This document shows, one piece after another, positions 11,010-19,853 of a stretch of 64,000 nt of DNA. Numbering within the stretch: position 1 is the stretch's first letter; each line of letters opens with the position of its first letter. A program made the position numbers and the translations under genes. Below the pieces are notes generated by a model that saw nothing but the letters and a program-made list of their open reading frames with translations, had not been told where the DNA came from and made no database searches. Source of the stretch: a virus (Duplodnaviria; Caudoviricetes); IMG/VR virus record IMGVR_UViG_3300046786_000930, positions 4,805 to 68,804 of that record; one strand, written 5' to 3'.

Positions 11010-14000
11010 AAAAATACTTATTTATAATTTTCGCATTGACAACCTTCGCAAGTTTTGGGCAGAGTAACTTATTACTATTCTTTGATGATGACAAAGAAGC
11101 TCCTTCAGTTCCAACCTCACCAAGTGCAGTAGGAACTCCCGAAGTAGTTACTGCGAGTTGGGTAGATCCAACTGCCTTAGATTTGAAATGGATTATAGTT
11201 TACCGTGATGTAACAACAAATCCAACAACTGCAATAGATACTGTTCTAAAGGGAGTTGGTTCTTATACTGATACTCCATTAGTTGCTGGAACAGAATACT
11301 TTTATCGTTTTAGAGCACAAGATTATTCTGGTAATTTATCCGCATACACTTCAACTGTTAGTGATACAGCTAAGGCAATACAGTACGCTGGTGATTATGA
11401 TGGGAGTACGGATTATTTATCATTAGCCACTCCGCCTTTACAAATGATGGGCAAATATAGCTTGCAAGAAACATTCTCAGATGGTGATTACACTACTGGT
11501 AATGCTTGGACTGTTTCTTCTGGTGCTTATGCAGTAACTGATACAGTAGCTATGTATAGCGGACTTACTTATGCTTTAAGATGTGCAACTGCGGGGATAA
11601 TTTCAATCCCTAATAATTGGGCTTATGGATATGTGGCTTTTGATTGGCGTAAAGGTGGTTCGACCAATATAAATTATGTCTATTTAAATAGTAAAAGTTC
11701 AAATACTTCAACTAACGGCTATGCTTTATATACTTCGGCAACTTCAAGGCAAACCCTAAGCATTGTTAATAGTGGGGTACATAATACGTTATTTTATTCT
11801 GGGGCAAGCTATGTAAACAATTTTGTTTCTTACCGTGACAGCATAGTAAGAAACACTAATGGCTCATTTTCCGTTTACATTAAGGGTGGAACATTTGGAG
11901 ATACTTATACTTTAGTTTCAACTACCGGAGGCAGTGGTACTAATCCAGTAACAGACAACACTTACACACAATCAAATTACTTTGTACTTGATTTAGATGC
12001 TGGCGATATGATAGCAAACATTGTCTGTGAATATGGTATGGGCAGTATGGATTTGAATGGACATGAACTTACAAAGTACCCAACTTATAATGCAAGTTTT
12101 GAAGTTGGAGATGAAGTAATAACCAATGGAAGTTTTGGGAGTAATATAACTGACTGGACTGCCGGTGGTTCAACAGCAAAGTGGTATAATACTGATTGGA
12201 ATGCTGTCTCAAGAACAAACGCTATTTTAGACTCGGCAACACTTACAGATCAATCCTATCTCATTGCAACTTATGGGACAACATCTGGTGTTAGATATAA
12301 ATTAACTTATACATATTATATCCCAGCAACTAACACAACTTGTGTTGCAGTAAAAACAAGATATATTGGCGGGAGTAATCCTTATGGAACAATTCAAACA
12401 GTAGTTGGTACATGGACAACCGCATCTGAATATGTTACTCCATCCACAAATTATACTCAGATTCGATTTTATCAATTTGATGCTGGTGGAGCGTATAATA
12501 CTTCTGCTGGCGATAAAATCTACATTGACGATGTATCAATCAAACCAGTACCATATTGGGAAGGTAGTGGCACAATGTCTGTTGATACCACAACAGAGCA
12601 AAAGCAAAGTGGTAGTGGAGGAGCGAAGTTTGTTCAGAGTTTGGGGAGTGATTTAGCTTTATCTCATGGTGATTTTACTGATGCAGCAGATACATTATGG
12701 TGGACAGATGGAAGTGATGCTTGGATTATGACTGGTGGAGTTGCAAGTGCTTCGGGTACATCTTCTCATTTAAGAGGAGCAATTGGCGGGTTGGCAAATA
12801 ATAAATATATGATTGAATTTGATGCAACGATTACATCCGGTAGTTTGTTATGGCAAATAGGTGGTTCGCATTCTGAGAGTGCTCATTCAGTAACGTCTGG
12901 ACATAATATTGGGTATTGTAATACAAGTGGAAGTGGAGATATTTATTTTATCCCTTCATCTTTTGTCGGAACACTTGATAATATAGTTATTTATAAATCT
13001 TCTGGCGACACCACAACGAACTATGCAAAACTTGACCACAGTTATTATAATACTTTAGTTGCTGGTGAAAAAACAACTCTTGAGTATTGGGCACAAGAGG
13101 ATGGTAGTAATGGAAGTAATTTAATACCAGATTCAGCTTCTACTTTTAGCACTTATCCAGGTGGAGGAATAACTTATTGGACTGCGGTAAGAGGAACGCG
13201 TGCATGGAGTACCGCAGATTCGTCATTATTATGGACTTACGATGGTTCAAGTAGTAGTCCAAGAGGTATAAGTAAATCTGGAAATTTAACGGTTGGAAAA
13301 CTTTACAAACTAACCTTTAGGGCAAAAGCAGATTCTAATAGAAATTATACGCTTAGTTTTCTTGGGGATATAACTTCTGGTGGCTATGGCGCAGTAACTC
13401 CTAATTTAACTACTGCTTGGCAAAATTATCAAAAATATTTTACTGCAACAGCAACAAGTTTTTATCTTGGTAGTGCGAGCACATCTGGGATGACTTTAGA
13501 TGATAGTGTTATGATAGATAACATAGTATTGCAAGAAATCACCAAAACCACTCACACAGTATCAGTAGGCGGTAAAGTATTAGGCACGACAGATACTCTT
13601 TCATGTATTCCAGGTGTATTTGAGAAGGTAGTATTTAACTTCCTCAATGATGCAACAACTGTTAATGGTGACATAAAGATTTACAAGAACCAAGCTTCTA
13701 TTGGCTACATGGACGGAAATTCAATCACGCAAGCAAAAGACTTGATGGTGAATGTGTGGGTAAAAACGAGTAATGTTGGTTCAAATTTACCGATTATCTA
13801 TTATCGGGGAATAAGCGGTGCCTTTTGGCAAGTGCTAAGAAGTTCGAGCAATTATTATCGAGCAGACTTAAATGATGGTGTAACTAATGTTACACTTAAC
13901 ACAGCGTCAACTTATACAAGTGATATTTACGTGTTTGTAAGTTTTCTGATCAGTCGTACAACTAATGGCTTGGTGTATATCAATGGAGCTCTTTCAAATA

Positions 14001-14311
14001 CTGGAAATTTTACTACGATTGGTAAAGTAACAAACAATTATCCCCTAAACATTGGAGGCTATTCAACCATATATTTTACTGGTCAAATCGGTGGAATACA
14101 GATAACAACCTTTGCCGACATATCAACAGTAAACTATACCCCAGCACAGATTTACAGTTTGTCCAAATATAACGGACAATACTTTCCAAGAACTTACACT
14201 GGAGGGACTGAGGTGCTTTACATGAAGATGGATGATGCAACTGATGAGTCAGCTTATGGTCATGTGTTTACAAATAATGGTACAGTAACTTTTGGAACGG
14301 TAACTTATTAA
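11006..14311 (+). CDS. Signal-peptide-bearing FN3 + carbohydrate-binding-like + LamG/concanavalin-like protein
   Basis: MKKYLFIIFALTTFASFG|Q signal peptide. FN3 (APSVPT..LVAGTEYFYRFRAQDYSGNLSA), ITNGSFGSNITDW-type CBM-like repeats, and a LamG-like C-terminus (GLVYINGAL...PLNIGG...FTGQIG). Confidence 0.75.
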   Translation: MKKYLFIIFALTTFASFGQSNLLLFFDDDKEAPSVPTSPSAVGTPEVVTASWVDPTALDLKWIIVYRDVTTNPTTAIDTVLKGVGSYTDTPLVAGTEYFYRFRAQDYSGNLSAYTSTVSDTAKAIQYAGDYDGSTDYLSLATPPLQMMGKYSLQETFSDGDYTTGNAWTVSSGAYAVTDTVAMYSGLTYALRCATAGIISIPNNWAYGYVAFDWRKGGSTNINYVYLNSKSSNTSTNGYALYTSATSRQTLSIVNSGVHNTLFYSGASYVNNFVSYRDSIVRNTNGSFSVYIKGGTFGDTYTLVSTTGGSGTNPVTDNTYTQSNYFVLDLDAGDMIANIVCEYGMGSMDLNGHELTKYPTYNASFEVGDEVITNGSFGSNITDWTAGGSTAKWYNTDWNAVSRTNAILDSATLTDQSYLIATYGTTSGVRYKLTYTYYIPATNTTCVAVKTRYIGGSNPYGTIQTVVGTWTTASEYVTPSTNYTQIRFYQFDAGGAYNTSAGDKIYIDDVSIKPVPYWEGSGTMSVDTTTEQKQSGSGGAKFVQSLGSDLALSHGDFTDAADTLWWTDGSDAWIMTGGVASASGTSSHLRGAIGGLANNKYMIEFDATITSGSLLWQIGGSHSESAHSVTSGHNIGYCNTSGSGDIYFIPSSFVGTLDNIVIYKSSGDTTTNYAKLDHSYYNTLVAGEKTTLEYWAQEDGSNGSNLIPDSASTFSTYPGGGITYWTAVRGTRAWSTADSSLLWTYDGSSSSPRGISKSGNLTVGKLYKLTFRAKADSNRNYTLSFLGDITSGGYGAVTPNLTTAWQNYQKYFTATATSFYLGSASTSGMTLDDSVMIDNIVLQEITKTTHTVSVGGKVLGTTDTLSCIPGVFEKVVFNFLNDATTVNGDIKIYKNQASIGYMDGNSITQAKDLMVNVWVKTSNVGSNLPIIYYRGISGAFWQVLRSSSNYYRADLNDGVTNVTLNTASTYTSDIYVFVSFLISRTTNGLVYINGALSNTGNFTTIGKVTNNYPLNIGGYSTIYFTGQIGGIQITTFADISTVNYTPAQIYSLSKYNGQYFPRTYTGGTEVLYMKMDDATDESAYGHVFTNNGTVTFGTVTY

Positions 14312-14353
14312 CAGTTCACAACGGAACACGGTATAGCTGTAAGGAAAGAAGAA

Positions 14354-14689
14354 ATGAATAATTTAACAGTATGGCACGGAATCTCGGTATTGTCCGTAAT
14401 TTTGAGTACAGCAATAATGATTGTTGGGTATTTTATTAAGAAATGGATGAAAAGAGTGGAGGTACAGTTGGAGAAGTTAGAAGAGAATTATAAGACAATT
14501 GAAACAGAACAAAACCAGCAGAAACTAAATTACATTGATAGATTCCAAAGTGTTGAACTAAAGATTGAACGTACTGAGAAAAACATTATAAATGTAATCA
14601 ACGATTTGAAAGACCATATTACTGAAACATTTGTATCAAAGAGTTTTTGCCAATTTATTCAAGAACATAAGCCAAAAGGAAATTTTTAG
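14354..14689 (+). CDS. Membrane protein with N-terminal TM and coiled coil; holin/antiholin-like
   Basis: Hydrophobic ISVLSVILSTAIMIVGYFI followed by a coiled coil, upstream of the endolysin. Confidence 0.45.
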   Translation: MNNLTVWHGISVLSVILSTAIMIVGYFIKKWMKRVEVQLEKLEENYKTIETEQNQQKLNYIDRFQSVELKIERTEKNIINVINDLKDHITETFVSKSFCQFIQEHKPKGNF

Positions 14690-14779
14690 TGACGGTAAGA
14701 ATACCATTCTTAAAAATGACACAAAACAAGCATAGCATGCCCCCAAACATTCTTGCCGTCATTGTTTTTAGAGGACAAA

Positions 14780-15175
14780 ATGAATTATGAAATCAAACAT
14801 ACAGATGACGTAGAGGAGGCAATTGTGCTAATCTTTTCGGGACTATTATTTTTCTTAAAGAATCACACCAAGAAAACCATCATAGCGATATTATTGATTT
14901 GTGGTTCAATAGTTTATGTTGCTTTTGATTATTTTACCTCAGACAAAATTAAGATGGAACGACTGAAACCATTAACAGAAGAAATAAGTTTGTTCCCTAA
15001 TTTATACGCACAAGGTAAAAATCCAATTATTTTTGATGGCAAATATTACGGAGAACAAGATACAGACTACATAATTTATAAACTTAGGTACTCTGACGAA
15101 CTGATAATTTACAACAAACGCCTAAAGTATGGGTATAAAATTGAGATACCGGCTTTGGAGAAATTTAAAAAATAA
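14780..15175 (+). CDS. Membrane-anchored hypothetical protein in the lysis region
   Basis: AGAGGA Shine-Dalgarno before the ATG at 14780. Hydrophobic segments AIVLIFSGLLFFL and IIAILLICGSIVYVAF. Confidence 0.5.
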   Translation: MNYEIKHTDDVEEAIVLIFSGLLFFLKNHTKKTIIAILLICGSIVYVAFDYFTSDKIKMERLKPLTEEISLFPNLYAQGKNPIIFDGKYYGEQDTDYIIYKLRYSDELIIYNKRLKYGYKIEIPALEKFKK

Positions 15176-15188
15176 GAGGAATAGTAAA

Positions 15189-15647
15189 ATGAAAAAACTA
15201 ATTTTTGCGTTGATCTTAATTCCGGTAATAGTTCTCAAAGCCCAATATACTTATCCGGACTTTGAAATAGCGGATTCGTTAAAAGGCGGAACAGATACCA
15301 CACAGATTATAAACACGAATTACGGAGGAGGTAATCCTTTCGGGATTGGAGAATGGTGGATCGCGGCCAAAGATACTGGAAGCACCTATACGGATAGTGT
15401 CGCGGTATTCGCGGGATGGATTAGACGTAACCCAAGGAGCTATGCTGTGACAGACACCTTTTGGACAAGGATAATGTTCAAGGACAGCGCCTGGAACGTT
15501 ATTAATGTACTAAACGCACCGGCTACAGAGAGTTCCTGGACGCCGTTAATGAACATGCCGTTTCTGCTAAAGCTAACAATGATAAACGCACAGTTTGTAA
15601 ATAGCAGGCGTTGGGATTTTGCTATTCAGGGTAAAAAACTGAAATAA
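15189..15647 (+). CDS. Signal-peptide-bearing small beta-rich protein
   Basis: GAGGA before the ATG at 15189. MKKLIFALILIPVIVLKA|Q signal peptide. Confidence 0.65.
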   Translation: MKKLIFALILIPVIVLKAQYTYPDFEIADSLKGGTDTTQIINTNYGGGNPFGIGEWWIAAKDTGSTYTDSVAVFAGWIRRNPRSYAVTDTFWTRIMFKDSAWNVINVLNAPATESSWTPLMNMPFLLKLTMINAQFVNSRRWDFAIQGKKLK

Positions 15648-15676
15648 TTTATTAACTTAAAATAAAGGAGCACAAA

Positions 15677-16024
15677 ATGTTCAAGTTATTATTCGCATTT
15701 ATAGTTTTTATAATTGCACAAGTATTACCAATTGATTCGTTAGTTACATGGCTTACACCAGTAATAGTTTATGGAGTTACTTGGGCAGTAGCAAAACTAA
15801 AACCGTTAATTCCCGGTTGGCTTATTTTAACGATTGTGGCTGGATTGGGTGGTTTGTATACTTTGGTTACTCAGTTATTTGGTAATCCTGAGCTGAAGTG
15901 GTGGCAGCAACTTTTATATGCTTTATTAGCAGTTGTTATTAGCCAGTTCAAAATTCAGTTTGGCGGAGAAAAACGAGCCGAGGATACGAAAGCAATTACT
16001 GATGATAAAAAATTAAACGGCTGA
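15677..16024 (+). CDS. Putative holin
   Basis: AAGGAG Shine-Dalgarno, several TM segments, a charged C-terminal tail, and position immediately upstream of the endolysin. Confidence 0.65.
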   Translation: MFKLLFAFIVFIIAQVLPIDSLVTWLTPVIVYGVTWAVAKLKPLIPGWLILTIVAGLGGLYTLVTQLFGNPELKWWQQLLYALLAVVISQFKIQFGGEKRAEDTKAITDDKKLNG

Positions 16025-16030
16025 AACAAT

Positions 16031-16543
16031 ATGAATCTTGTATGGACACACAAAGTAAGTTCAGATTTCGTAAAGAAATTATTAAGGATTTGTATAGTCC
16101 TTAGAGTTGATCCGGATTCTTTGATGTCATGTATGGCATTCGAAACAGGGGAAACATTCTCCCCTTCGATTAAGAATAAAAAATCCGGTGCAACGGGCCT
16201 GATACAATTCATGCCATCAACTGCCGGTGCTTTGGGTACATCCGTTGAGGACTTAGAAATTATGACCGCAGAAGAACAGTTAGATTTTGTGGAGAAATAT
16301 TTTCTGCCGTGGAAGGGAAGGTTACAAACGTTGGAAGATGTTTACATGGCGATATTATTTCCAAAAGCGATTGGTAAACCGAATAATTATATTTTGTTTG
16401 CAAAAAATGATGTTAAGTATCCGAAACGGTATATTCAGAATTCTGGTTTAGATTATAATAAAGACGGATACATAACGAAGGAAGAAGCTGCAATGAAAGT
16501 GAAAGAAAAACTTATCAAAGGACAGAAGTTATTAAATGGCTGA
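16031..16543 (+). CDS. Endolysin, lysozyme-like/lytic transglycosylase fold
   Basis: MAFETGETF (catalytic Glu), GATGLIQFMPSTA, QLDFVEKYF and VYMAILFP motifs of SLT-like phage lysins. No signal peptide. Confidence 0.85.
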   Translation: MNLVWTHKVSSDFVKKLLRICIVLRVDPDSLMSCMAFETGETFSPSIKNKKSGATGLIQFMPSTAGALGTSVEDLEIMTAEEQLDFVEKYFLPWKGRLQTLEDVYMAILFPKAIGKPNNYILFAKNDVKYPKRYIQNSGLDYNKDGYITKEEAAMKVKEKLIKGQKLLNG

Positions 16544-16904
16544 TGTAAGCACCACAATACCAATTATATTTGAAAGTCGCATAGTCAAGACTGATGAAGA
16601 TCTGCGTTCAGATACGAGATTTGTGATAAATAGAATTTCAGCAGCTTATGAAAGCGATGCTGACCTAAGTCTTTATTTGTATTTCAGAAGAAGCGATGCA
16701 ATGAGTTGGGAGAGTATTGGTCCCTTTACATTAGACAAAGATATCAAGAGATTTGATAGAGTAATTTACCCGGTTAAGACGGTGATCGATTATTACGTGA
16801 AAATAACTGGTTCGATAACGAGTTCTTGCGATATCACAAGCTGCAGAGTTTGGCAGAAGATTAAGAAACTTGGTAAGCATCAATATTCGAAACCACTTGT
16901 ATGA
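16536..16904 (+). CDS. Probable detached C-terminal domain of the muzzle/stabilization protein
   Basis: The IIFESR...RISAAYES...W.SIG...YYVKITG pattern resembles C-terminal domains of gp10/gp12-like proteins. Inference by eye. Confidence 0.45.
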   Translation: MADVSTTIPIIFESRIVKTDEDLRSDTRFVINRISAAYESDADLSLYLYFRRSDAMSWESIGPFTLDKDIKRFDRVIYPVKTVIDYYVKITGSITSSCDITSCRVWQKIKKLGKHQYSKPLV

Positions 16905-17155
16905 TAATAAGGCACAATAAATTTGCAAGCATACCGGGACTAGATCAGGAGATTGATTTAATCCTAAAAGCGATAGATGAACAAATCGGAAGAGTGGTCA
17001 CAGAACTACCTAACGTAAAGAGCGTTGGTGAGTTTGCTAAATTTTATGTAAAGCAAACAGATGATACCTTTATTGCATTTACGAAAATAAATGGTGAATG
17101 GTATCAACCCTATGTAGATGAGAACTCAAAAGTATTTTATTGGAAGAAGGCATGA
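16901..17155 (+). CDS. Small tail-module protein
   Basis: Overlapping start/stop with both neighbours. Genes of this size often follow muzzle genes. Confidence 0.45.
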   Translation: MIIRHNKFASIPGLDQEIDLILKAIDEQIGRVVTELPNVKSVGEFAKFYVKQTDDTFIAFTKINGEWYQPYVDENSKVFYWKKA

Positions 17156-18003
17156 GTTTAAGAACTAAAATAAGAGAATACGTTGATGGTTTGCTTACGG
17201 TATCTGATGCTGCGGTAGCACTAAAAGAAGATAAGGCGAATAAGAAAACTTCCTTAACTGATAACAGTGATACTTATTACCCAAGTCAGAAGGCGGTTAA
17301 AACTGCTGTTGATGCAAAATCAGATAGTGGGCACAATCATTCTGGCGTGTACGAACCAGTTTTAGGATATACACCAGAAAATGTAGCGAATAAAGAAACG
17401 TCTGCTTTAGATACTTCAGCTACAAAATATCCTTGTAATAATGTTGTTAAGACAGCAAATGACCTAAAAGCCAACGATGCAGACGTAGTGCATGATACTG
17501 GGGACGAAACTATTGCGGGAGAAAAAACATTTACTGGAGATTTATTATTCTCTGGGAATGGTTCTGGATTAGCTTATGGTTCTTTTTATGGAAATGAAAT
17601 AGCATGGACACAGGCAACGGCAGTTCAAAACACAGCATATCTTGTAAGTGATGCGGATATAGTAGATGGGTTATTAAACCTAATAACACATGATGGTAGT
17701 GGTAAATTAACTGTAACAAAGGCTGGAGTATATTCATTCACTTTTAGCGGAGTGTTTGAATCTTCAGTGCAGAATAAACACGTTAATGTAGGTGTCGCGA
17801 TAGACGGAACTGCCTCTAATATAGGGATGGTTCACATGGAATCTAAATTTGCCAACGAAGAAGAAATGGTTGTTGGTTGTGGATTATTAGATTTAGCAAT
17901 AAATCAAACAGTAGAAATATTTATCAAATGTGTAGAGACAGGCACGCCAAACATATCTGTTGACCACATAAGTTTGGTTTTAATAGGAATTGGCGGAACT
18001 TAA
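17152..18003 (+). CDS. Short tail fibre-like protein (no signal peptide)
   Basis: Two NKxTS..xYP..xVKTA repeats, the VVHDTGDETIAGEKTF fibre motif and a C-terminal beta-sandwich. Confidence 0.7.
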   Translation: MSLRTKIREYVDGLLTVSDAAVALKEDKANKKTSLTDNSDTYYPSQKAVKTAVDAKSDSGHNHSGVYEPVLGYTPENVANKETSALDTSATKYPCNNVVKTANDLKANDADVVHDTGDETIAGEKTFTGDLLFSGNGSGLAYGSFYGNEIAWTQATAVQNTAYLVSDADIVDGLLNLITHDGSGKLTVTKAGVYSFTFSGVFESSVQNKHVNVGVAIDGTASNIGMVHMESKFANEEEMVVGCGLLDLAINQTVEIFIKCVETGTPNISVDHISLVLIGIGGT

Positions 18004-18018
18004 CAAAGGAGAAATAAA

Positions 18019-18639
18019 ATGAATTTACCAGGCTATACACCAACACCAGCTTTATCGGGACTGTCTAATGTGAATGCATTAGTTGGAAACAGATTTGATA
18101 AGTACAAATCACCGTACACTTATGAGGACATGAAAACATTCCTCGATCAGATTTATGGTACTTATGAAAACCAGATCAACCAGCAAGCGAGTGATGCTAC
18201 CGCAGACCTAACCGGGGATGCAACTCAAAGGATGGCATCAAGAGGGATAACTGGCGGGAGTGTTGTTGAGGACACGTTATCGGGCATAGGTAGTAAGGTT
18301 AATAAGAATAAACTGAATGTTTTATCAAATCTCGGAGCATCGAAAGCCGGACAGAATCTTAACCTTATGGACTTGTTTAACACAAGAGATTTTGCTACAC
18401 AGAAGGCAGCGACAGATGTGGATTTGTCAAACGTAGGGAACCAACTTAGTCAAGCTCAAGCGATTGCGAGTGCTTATCTACAAAATAGAGGCATGGATAT
18501 ACAGGAAGAATCTCAACCTGGATTTTTGGAAGACCTTTTTTCAGGCATAGGAGATTTCGCAAGTTTGATACCTGGATTAGATGCACTCGGATTGTTTGGT
18601 AAAAAGAATAAAGGCGGAATTGCCCCAATAGATATTTAA
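18019..18639 (+). CDS. DNA ejection/pilot protein
   Basis: Q/A/N/S-rich helical protein with a MASRGITGGS motif and a hydrophobic Gly-rich C-terminus. First of three genes of increasing size. Confidence 0.55.
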   Translation: MNLPGYTPTPALSGLSNVNALVGNRFDKYKSPYTYEDMKTFLDQIYGTYENQINQQASDATADLTGDATQRMASRGITGGSVVEDTLSGIGSKVNKNKLNVLSNLGASKAGQNLNLMDLFNTRDFATQKAATDVDLSNVGNQLSQAQAIASAYLQNRGMDIQEESQPGFLEDLFSGIGDFASLIPGLDALGLFGKKNKGGIAPIDI

Positions 18640-18656
18640 TTTTAATAGGTGATAAA

Positions 18657-19853
18657 ATGGCAAAAGGCGGATTATACAGGGCCGAGCAAAGGACCGGGGG
18701 CATAGCCGGTGCGTTAAAACCGATCTTTGATTACTTCGCACAGAAGCGGGAAGAAGAGAAGCAAAAAGAATACATCACAAGTTTGCTGAGTGCCTACGGT
18801 GATGCAGAGAAAAGGATAAGCGAAGTTGCAACCGGCTTCCCACAAGAGAGAACCATGAGAAGCAATCCCTTAACAACGGCTCCTCAACCACCAACTCCCC
18901 AAACCGTTACCAATGACATGGCCGGCCAAAGTATTAACCTTTCGATGAATCCTTTGAACCGAGGGAATGCGTTGGACCAAACCACAAATACCGGAGTCAA
19001 TAGAATGACTCCGAAAGAACAGCAGTACCAAACACAAGACGTTGCAAATCGATTTACTGTTGACGCCCTGACCAAAGGAGAGCAGAAGTACGCTAATCCG
19101 AACTTAGTTAATGTTCTGGGCAATGTTTTACAAAATAAGGCAGCGAGGTTCCAACCGAAACCCATCCAACAATATTCACCCGGAAGCGACTACGGATATT
19201 TTGATGATGAGAATAATTTCCATCTTACAAAATCCGGAGTAAGCACGAGCAATAAAACTCTTTATGAAAGTGAAAATGGCAAGCCAAAAGTTTACACACT
19301 TGAAAACGGACAAAAGGCTTATAAGAAAATAACTACTGATTTTAGAGGCAATAAAGTAACTGAAGATTATGAACCGATGCAATTTACACCTAAGTCTGTT
19401 GGTGGAAAATCGGGGAGCGGGAATTCAGATGGTGACGGTGAAAATGATGATAGGAAATCTTATGGTAAATTATTAGGTGTTTTGAATTCCGGGATTAAAA
19501 AAATTGAAGGATTTAAGAAAAAATTCACGCAAAATAACGGCAACTATTTTCCTTCTCCGGATCTACCGTATTACAAAACAAGACAAGATGAATCTGGGGC
19601 AACCCAAAGAATCGGATATAAAAACGAAGAATATCGTAACTTTATCGAATCTGAGAAAGCCGAATATCTTGATGAAGCTATTCAACTGATGAATGAGCAA
19701 GGACTTGACGATGCTGTCCAGAACATCATGGAAGGGAAAGATAAAGCCGGATCATTAACCAAAGCATTTGATAGTTTTCTTAAAGCAAACCCTGATATAA
19801 ATAAAGAGGACAAAAGACTCCTAACCGACTACATCACATTGTTAGGTTTATAA
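18657..19853 (+). CDS. DNA ejection protein (middle)
   Basis: N-terminal GGIAGALKPIF then a low-complexity Q/P/T region. Position between the pilot and the giant gene. Confidence 0.5.
   Translation: MAKGGLYRAEQRTGGIAGALKPIFDYFAQKREEEKQKEYITSLLSAYGDAEKRISEVATGFPQERTMRSNPLTTAPQPPTPQTVTNDMAGQSINLSMNPLNRGNALDQTTNTGVNRMTPKEQQYQTQDVANRFTVDALTKGEQKYANPNLVNVLGNVLQNKAARFQPKPIQQYSPGSDYGYFDDENNFHLTKSGVSTSNKTLYESENGKPKVYTLENGQKAYKKITTDFRGNKVTEDYEPMQFTPKSVGGKSGSGNSDGDGENDDRKSYGKLLGVLNSGIKKIEGFKKKFTQNNGNYFPSPDLPYYKTRQDESGATQRIGYKNEEYRNFIESEKAEYLDEAIQLMNEQGLDDAVQNIMEGKDKAGSLTKAFDSFLKANPDINKEDKRLLTDYITLLGL

Noticed and set aside
12405-12656. Same-strand alternative-frame ORFs at 12405, 19504, 22267, 46073, 47585, 52115 and 52356
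   Set aside because: They show no convincing Shine-Dalgarno or family resemblance and are expected by chance from codon structure.
5574-14311. Diversity-generating retroelement or shufflon acting on the appendage genes
   Set aside because: There is no reverse transcriptase or invertase in the window, and I saw no TR/VR-like near-duplicate or inverted crossover repeats by eye.
5574-14311. T9SS cargo
   Set aside because: The C-termini lack a recognisable T9SS CTD (YPNP...K-rich) pattern.
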